Assembly: GCF_009914755.1 (NCBI RefSeq)
Contig: NC_060928.1
Direction: 5' to 3' (one strand)
Length of the DNA stretch: 64,000 nt
From: the human T2T-CHM13v2.0 reference genome, Homo sapiens
The notes beneath the pieces were generated by a model, which did no database searches, was not told the DNA's origin, and saw only the letters and a program-made list of their open reading frames with translations. This document shows positions 55,262-64,000 of the stretch, piece after piece. Position 1 is the stretch's first letter; every line of letters begins with the position of its first letter. Made by a program: the position numbers and the translations under genes.

Positions 55262-57519
55262 TGTATTAATCTGTTTTCATGCTGCTGATAAAGAAGTACC
55301 TGAGACTGGGAAGAAAAAGAGGTTTAATTGGACTTAAACCTCTCTTCCACATGGCTGGAGGGGCCTCGGAATCATGGCGGGAGGCAAAAGGCACTTCTTA
55401 CTTGGCAGCGGCAAGAAAAAATGAGGAAGATGCAAAAGCGGAAACCCCCGATAAAACCATCAGATCTCATGAAACTTACTACCACAAGAACAGTATGGGG
55501 GAAACTGCCCCAATGATTCAACTTATTTCTCACTGGGTCCCTCCCACAACACATGGGAATTATGGGAGTACAATTCGAGATGAGGTTTGGGGGTGAGGAC
55601 ACAGCCAAACCATATCATTCTACCCCTGGCCCCTCCAAATCTCATGTCCTCACATTTAAACCAATCCTGCCTTCCCAACAGTCCCCCAAAGTCTTAACTC
55701 ATTTCAGCATTAACTCAAAAGTCCACAGTCCAAAGTCTCATCTGAGAAATGGCAAGTCCTTTCTTCCTATGAGCCTGTAAAGTCAAAAACAAGTTAGTTA
55801 CTTCCTAGATACAATGGGGGTACAGGCATTGGGTAAATTCGTTCATTCCAAATGGGAGAAATTGGCCAAAACAAAGGGGCTACAAGCCTCATACAAGCCC
55901 AAAATCCAGCAGGGTGGTCAAATCTTAAAGCTCCAAAATGATCTCCTTTGACACCATGTCTCGCATCTGGATCACGGTGATGCAAGAAGTGGATTCCCAT
56001 GGTCTTGGGAAGCTCTGCCTCTCTGGCTTTGCAGGGTGCAGCCTCCCTCCAGGCTGCTTTCATGGGCTGGCATTGAGTGTCTGTGGCTTTTCCAGGTGCA
56101 CAGTGCAAGCTGTCAGTGGATCTACCATTCTGGGGTCTGGAGGAAGGTGGCCCTTTTCTCACAGCTCCACTAGGCAGTACCCCAGTAGGGACTCTGTGTG
56201 CACATTTCCCTTCTGCACTGCCCTAGCAGAGGTTCTCCATGAGCACCCTACCCCTGCAACAAACTTCTGCCTGGGCATCCAGGCATTTCCGTACATCTTC
56301 TGAAATCTACGTGGAGGTTCCCAAACCTCAATTCTCGACTTCTGTGCACTGGCAGGCTCAATACCACGTGGAAGCTGCCAAGGCTTGGGACTTGCACCAT
56401 CTGAAGCCACAGCCTGAGCTCTACTTTGGCCCCTCTCAGCCATGCATGGCTGGAACAGCTGGGATGCAGGGCACCAAGTCCCTAGGTTGCACACAGTTCG
56501 GGGACCGTGGACCGGGGCCAGGAAACCATTTTCTCCTAGGCCTCTGGGTGTGTGATGGAAGGGGCTGCCGCGAAGACCTCTGACATGCCCTGGTGACATT
56601 TTCCCCATTGTCTTGGGGATTAACTTTTGGCTCCTCTTTACTTATGCAAATTTCTGCAGCTGGCTTGAATTTCTCCTCAGAAAATTAGTTTTTCTTTTCT
56701 ATCACATTGTCAGGCTGCGAATTTTCCAAACTTTTTTGTTCTGTTTCCCTTTTAAAACTGAATGCTTTTGACAGCACCAAAATCACCTCTTGAATGCTTT
56801 GCTGCTTAGAAATTTTTTCTGCCAGATACCCTAAATCATCTCTTTCAAGTTCAAAGTTCTGCAAATCTCTAGGGCAGGGGCAAAATGCCACCAGTCTCTT
56901 TGCTAAAACGTAACAACAGTCATCTTTGCTCCAGTTCCCAAAAAGTTCCTCATTTACATCTGAGACCACCTCAACCTGGACCTTATTGTTCATATCACTA
57001 TCAGCATTTTTGTCAAAGCCATTCAACAAGTCTCTAGGAACTTCCAAACTTTCCCACATTTTCCTGTCTTCTTCTGAGTCCTCCAAACATTCCAACCTCT
57101 GCCTCTTACACACTTCCAAAGTTGCTTCCATATTTTCGGGTATCATCTCAGCAACACCCCTCTCTACTGGTACCAATTTACTCTATTAGTCCGTTTTCAC
57201 ACTGCTGATAAAGAAATACCTGAGACTGGGAAGAAAAAGAGGTTTAGTTGGACTTACAGTTGAACATGGCTGGGGAGGCCTCAGAATCACGGTGGGAGGT
57301 GAAAGGTGCTTATTACTTGGCACCGGCAAGAGAAAACGAGGAAGATGCAAAAGCAGAAACCCCTGATAAAACCATCAGATCTCGTGAGATCTCACTACCA
57401 TGAGGACATTATGGGGGAAACTGCCCCCATGATTCAAATTATCTCCCACAACATGTGGGAATTATGGGAGTACAATTCAAAATGAGATTTGGGTGGGGAC
57501 ACAGAGCCAAATCATATCA
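55262..57519 (-). mobile_element. Full-length THE1 MaLR (THE1C-like): LTR 55262-55617, internal 55618-57181, LTR 57182-57519
   Basis: Two direct-repeat ~350-bp THE1 LTRs around a ~1.56-kb THE1-int; TSD AGCTC/GGCTC; internal ORF remnant IPENMEATLE..MWESLEVPRDLLNGFD. Confidence 0.97.
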
Positions 57520-58853
57520 GGCTCTAGTAACACAAAAGAGAGGAATATATTCCTTTATGAAATTGGCAAAGCAAAGAGAGCTTTGTTAGAAGCTGACGAG
57601 TTTGCTGGATGGTGGACTATCTCAGATCTTGCTGGGGGCAATGTCACTTAGCACAATCTGGGGGACAATATGGTGACACGTGTATTTAATATATAGCAAA
57701 TTCTTTAAAATTTTGCTATCTAACGATGCCTTAGATTCTAAGAAGAATGATGAGTCCAGGAGAAAGGGAGCACGCACAAGAAGAGAGGAGAGGGCTGGAT
57801 AATAGTGTCTTTAATTTATAAATTTGCTCCCGTTCTTTGGAATAATCCATCAAGCCATCCTCTGCCCTCCCTTCCCTGACTCTCACTCCCATAGCCAGGA
57901 GACTTCAGTGTTAGGAAAATGAAATTAAGTTTCCAAGTAAAAAATCATTACTGATCCCCAAGTAAGTGATGTGTAAATAGTTTTCTCTGATCATGGGTTA
58001 AAATGTTACTGAGGTTCTCAAGTCCTATCAGGAAGACAATCTTTGGCTCAGTCAGCTGGGCTGAAGTAGCCAGGTTTTCCCTGAACAGTAATAACTTGAA
58101 TTGCTCTATTACCCAGGTTCCTGAGAACTGAAAGTGCTCACAGGAGAGTCCAGTTTACCAGCAACTTCCTTGAAAGTCCAGAATCACAACCAAAAGACAC
58201 AAATATGGTTCTTCAGTCAGAACTTTCCTCCTTTGGGATTCTTCTTTTTCTTTTTTCACATTCATAATACGTACTAGACCTTTGGGATTCTTAATGCTAA
58301 TGTGTTTTTGAAAATTTTAAAATGCATTTTGTTGTTAGTTACTCCCTGAGTCCAGAGTGTCTGCAGAGCTACAATGCAATGATATCTAAGGGGTGGGTTT
58401 TTGTTTCCCCTGCCGTGGTCTTGTAGCCGCAGTGTCATGCTAATGAATCTCCTGCAGGATCACAAAGAACACAGAATGCCAGCAGTGGAAGGGCCTAAAT
58501 GTCTTTTACAACTATTTGTTATCTTCAAGGTCAGCAAGGATGCACCTGGTAAACACAGATGCTGTAACCTAAATCCCGCCTGCTCACAAAGACTTGTCTC
58601 TGATTAGGCTATTTGAATAAAACATTACTTGGAATCTCACATGATACACTCTCGTAGGCTTGTATTTTAAAAATCTGGGTTATGTAGGATATGCTGTATT
58701 TTAAAAGATTCAGTGTAGTTTACCAATTGCATATTTTACCTCACTTTTTACAGACTTCTAATAGCCACAGCAGTGGGACTACTGAGGAATATTTCATTTA
58801 GATTCCATATAATGAGAATGTAGATACATGTAAAAGTACCAAAAAGACTGAGC

Positions 58854-58855
<2 letters not shown>

Positions 58856-58893
<38 letters not shown>
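58856..58893. repeat. (TG)n microsatellite
   Basis: Read directly; pure run of ~18 units. Confidence 0.95.
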
Positions 58894-58895
<2 letters not shown>

Positions 58896-61800
58896 ATGCG
58901 CATGTATGTGTTTTAACTATGGGTGTATTGCCATGGCAACATCTGGAGATGGAATAGAGCAATTAACAAACTTTGACAAACTTTTTAACCAAACCTTTGT
59001 CATTTTGAGATGTACTAGGATGTGTGCCTACTTGTATTTCTCTTCCTCCTCCTTTCACCACAATTTTAGTTCTTGATGTTCATACCAAAGGATAGTCAAT
59101 TAAATTCTAAACAACACTCCAAATCGACTTTGAGACTGTTATATAGCAATTATGATTAATTTTTCAACTGGCCTTCATTTAAAAGCCTAGAGCAAAATTT
59201 TTTTATCTCATGAGAAAGAATAAGTGAGTGGCGGAAGATTTCTGCTGCAAAGACTTTATTAAAGTGAAATATTATGAAGCACATGATTTAAAGAATGTAA
59301 TTTTATACTGCCCGTATAATTTAATAATGTCATTTACACTAAGCTCAATGAGATGACAACATCAGAATAATGACACATACTAAAAAGTCATTAAAGCTAA
59401 TATTAAAAATATTGTTTTATACTTTTAGGTATATAAATAAATTATAATGTATAACTGGAAATCTGGATAAGAAGCAGAGAATGGCTGTGAAAAATCTCTG
59501 GCTGATGCAAATATAGGTTCTGACTGCTTTTAATGTACAAATTTCTGATTGATTCGTGGCCCATTGAAGTGAATAATGCTAAATGAGTAAAAAATGTAAG
59601 TTCTTGAAGGGCACCAAAAATATACCATATTCACTTCAGCCAGTCACTTATTCTCTCAATGCCTCAGTTTTGTAATCTGTAAAATGGGGTCATTTGTACA
59701 ATGGAATGAGAAGAGATATGTGAATGGTACCAGGAAAAACAAAGGTGATGAAGTGGACCATAGCCAGGCTGGTCACACAGCCTTGTCTTTCATGTTTATG
59801 AGGGTATATTTTTATGATAGATTTAACAAAAATAAAATTGTATTTTTAAAAAGCTCTTTGAGGAGCATGCTTTGCTGCTCTCTGCATGTATGTTCCACTT
59901 TTCTCTCTTATTTGTCCTTTTACCTGTACTAATAACTTCGGTTCCCTGATAAATTTAGCTTGTATGTCTCATCATTGTTCCTCCAACATCTTAGTTTTAA
60001 TTCTCACTCTTATCTAGCTCATTTTCCTGGCGATTTTTAGGTCAAATTTCTGAGAAAGGAAACTTATTGATTTACTTATCTTTCAATGCTAAGTGTCATG
60101 TGTCATGAGCCAACAGGTAGACTGACGTAGTACCAGTCCTGGTTTCACCAGCTCTAGCTGATGTGAGTAAAAAGTTCATATGCTTTAAAACATGACTGAG
60201 TGGGAAGCAGGAGATCATAGGCTGGAAAATTTCACTCATAAGGGGCTGTGGACAAGTAGGTGCTGATGGATATCTCATGTGCATTTAGACATATTGAACC
60301 ATTTCAGCTTCCTAAAAGTGACATGATCTTTTGTTCCTCTGGGACTTTGTAGATGTGATATTTCCTCGTCCATTTCTGTAATGGCTCTCAAACTTTGCTC
60401 AATAAATAAGATTACTCCCTTGATTTGAATCTCTAATGTCCCTTCCAATGTGGAACTGGGTCTTGGGTCTCTCTTACCATGGCTTGCACATGTGTGCTTT
60501 TAATGAGCTGTGTTCATATGTGTTGGGGAAATAGAATCTTGACAGGTAGAATGGAGAAAACCAACGTAAATAAAGTGTAGATACTTTCTTCTGATTAGAT
60601 GACAACAGTTTCTCAGCAACATCATGCTATCATGGAGCCTTTTTTTCACTTTTTGATTTTGCATCATGAAAAAAAAGAAAAAAAAGACCAAACTTGGAGA
60701 GAAAAGAAAGTTGAAAAGGTAAACTGACACTGTCTCTTGTGTATGCAAAGTGTAGAAAGGGGTGACTAGCCTGAAAGAAAAGAGACTAAGTTTTCTAACA
60801 AACTGCTCAGGGAAATTTCTCTGAAACAAGCTTGACCTCAGAGGGAGGTAATTTTGACCATCTGAAAGAGGTCCGGGAAGCTCTTGAACTGCACCTTAGA
60901 TTTTTTCCTTTCAAATGTGTTTCTAAAGTATTTTATGCTGTAATAGTTAATACTATTTAAGTTCAATTATTTTTATAATATATTATCTTTAGAGAAAAAA
61001 GATAAAATTTACTTATCTCTATGTTGATCAAATTAGCCAGCAGTTTTAAGCCTTACAAGCTTGGGTCATGTGACTGACACACTATTGCCAGCTTTTGGAA
61101 TTTCATCTGTCTTGTAGGTTGGTCTTTTGGAGTCATTAAACTCAAGTCAGAATTTTAAAAATTAAAGCTATTAAGTAACAATGAAGTAACATGGGATAAT
61201 GGCAGTCATGAATGTGGTAATGGAAAGAGTCAAGACTTCTTTTTTGTGGGAAAAAGAAAAAAAAAGAAGGAAAAAAAAACCCTATGGGCTTTGATGTCTG
61301 AAAGAGCTGAATTGAGTTCAAATTTTAGCATTTACCTTTTATATAATCTCAAGCATATTTCTTTATGTTATATATATATATTCATTCATCCACCAAATAC
61401 ATAATGAGCATTCATTATGTGCCCTCAACTGTGTGGGGTGCTGAGTACATTGAGGAGAAAAACAATATAGTCCATGGCCTCCGAAAGCCTAATCCAGGGA
61501 CTACTACCATTTATATTTTAAATAGGAATAAAGTTTTACATTTTTTTCAGATTGAGATAAATATGATTAGTTTAATTCTTTTCCCCAAATTTAAAGTGTT
61601 ATTATGATTAGAGACTTAATGAAGTTTCTGATGTAAGTTCTTTACCCCTTGTAAATATTCATATAAGTGGTATTCATTATTTACATAGTGTCTTCTAAAA
61701 TTATAGTCTGAGATTATGATGATGCTGGTGATAAATAAAAGTATATTAGGAATATAATTAACTGAAAATGTTAAGTTACTTAAGTCAGGGAGATAAGTAC

Positions 61801-63274
61801 ATAGGTAGTATGATACAACTTGTGTTGTATATAAAAAGAATAATTTTTTCCCGGGTGATTATATATACCATAAATTATTTTTGGAAACCACTGTTAAATA
61901 AATTATAAATATAAAACATTAATTGTTCTGGAAAGTCTTTGTAAGAATAGACTTTTCTGAGCTGTTTAAATGAAAGGAGGGAGAAAAGTAAATGAGTTTA
62001 GACAGGGAGGATGTTCTGAGTTTAGCGTGCAGCTTGGGAGAAGGCTTGGCTGTGGGTGGGAGTGGAATGAAAATAGGAAAGAAGGCTGTTTGCCCATGTG
62101 CTCATGGCAAAGTGAAGCTCCCCAGAGGAATAAAGGAATCTAAAGGGAATGAAGGATAAAGAGGCAGTGATTAAATAGATTAATCCTAATCTGAAGTGTA
62201 ATAGATTCCTGCAAAGTGAAAAAGTATACTTCATTGTTCAGATGATGGGCACCAGTGGGTGAAGGGCGCTTTTGAAGTCAGACACTGCTATGGAGAATAG
62301 TGAGAGGAGCCTTAGTTCCTAGAGACTGAAGAGAGGAAAAACGCAGGGCCCTGCAAATGGTAGGGAAGTTCTAGTTCTTGGAAATACTGCCTAGGATTAT
62401 GGCAATGTACTTACCCTTTCTAAGTCCTTGGAAGAGATATAACTATAATCAGAGAAGATAGCTTGGCAATGGCAATGCGTTTCCTTTCCTGGAAATTCAA
62501 GAAACCAGATCTCAAACTGAACTGTAGGAATTGAGAGGCAAAGGGAAGGATAAGGGGGTGGAGGGAGAACAAGTTTAGAAGAGAACAGGTAATATAGGTC
62601 AAGCTCGAGGAGCTCATAGAACCTGGAAATATCACCAGAGGCTACCAAAGGCAATAGAAACCTTTTATAGTGTGACCTAGATTGAGCACCAGGGCCATGG
62701 AGTGAACAGGAACTCCGAATGGAGCAAGTCTAGTTTGGACTTTCACATTGGACAGGGAATCTGGAGAGCATATCTTTGAAACAGTCCATGTAAAAGACAA
62801 TTCAGAGATTTTACCAGAGAAGAGACATTCAATAAGTCCTAAAGAAGAGTGGATCAGAAGATTAGGGCAATGTATCAACCGTCTGGGAATATTAGAAAAG
62901 ATCAGTTACCTTTAGAAATACCTGAGAATCATTTTATGCTTCTCGAAAGTCTTTTATATATCATTTTCTGTATCATCTTTCATCTAATGTAGAGTGTGAA
63001 GAGCTAGCATAAAAATGTGGCCATGTTTTCCAAGTTGATATCAATTAGAGTCTGTTTAGAGAACAATTTAAGATTATCCTGCTATACGTGGCAGTGCGGC
63101 CCCAGCTCTTCACAGAGAGTGGGCAGATTTTACAAGCATTATCACAGTGCGTTAGCTATTATTACTTTAAATATGTAAATAAGTTGTTTCTAAAGCAGAC
63201 ATACTGACATAGTTCTTCAAAGTTGTTCCTGAAATTCCTACTACCTTAAACTGTGAGTAAATTAGATGAACAAT

Positions 63275-64000
<726 letters not shown>

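Noticed and set aside
56685-57176. 163-aa ORF as a domesticated gene
   Set aside because: It is the standard THE1-int ORF remnant, and downstream parts are split across frames

Overview
This is AT-rich, CpG-depleted primate (human-like) non-coding genomic DNA, either intronic or intergenic. I cannot support any host protein-coding exon or name the locus. The six-frame ORFs are chance ORFs or repeat-derived. The window is dominated by transposable elements: about 15 Alu/FLAM copies, a BC200 (BCYRN1) retropseudogene, a complete LTR-int-LTR THE1 MaLR, and solo or partial LTRs (LTR1-, LTR10C-, MER72/LTR48-, MER4-, THE1B-, MLT1- and LTR33-like). There are also old L1/L2/CR1/MIR fragments and hAT DNA transposon remnants. 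I found no new multi-gene system. The most notable observations are the BC200 retrocopy with an intact target-site duplication (TSD), three short local non-tandem duplications between 19 and 33 kb (one with fold-back junction signatures), and a 22-nt orphan insertion with a TSD. Also notable are a tail-to-tail inverted Alu pair around (TA)n, a MER4/Alu microhomology fusion, a p53-type array in LTR10C and homeobox-motif-rich candidate enhancers. Subfamily names come from my memory of consensus sequences and need RepeatMasker/Dfam confirmation; boundaries of old repeats are approximate.
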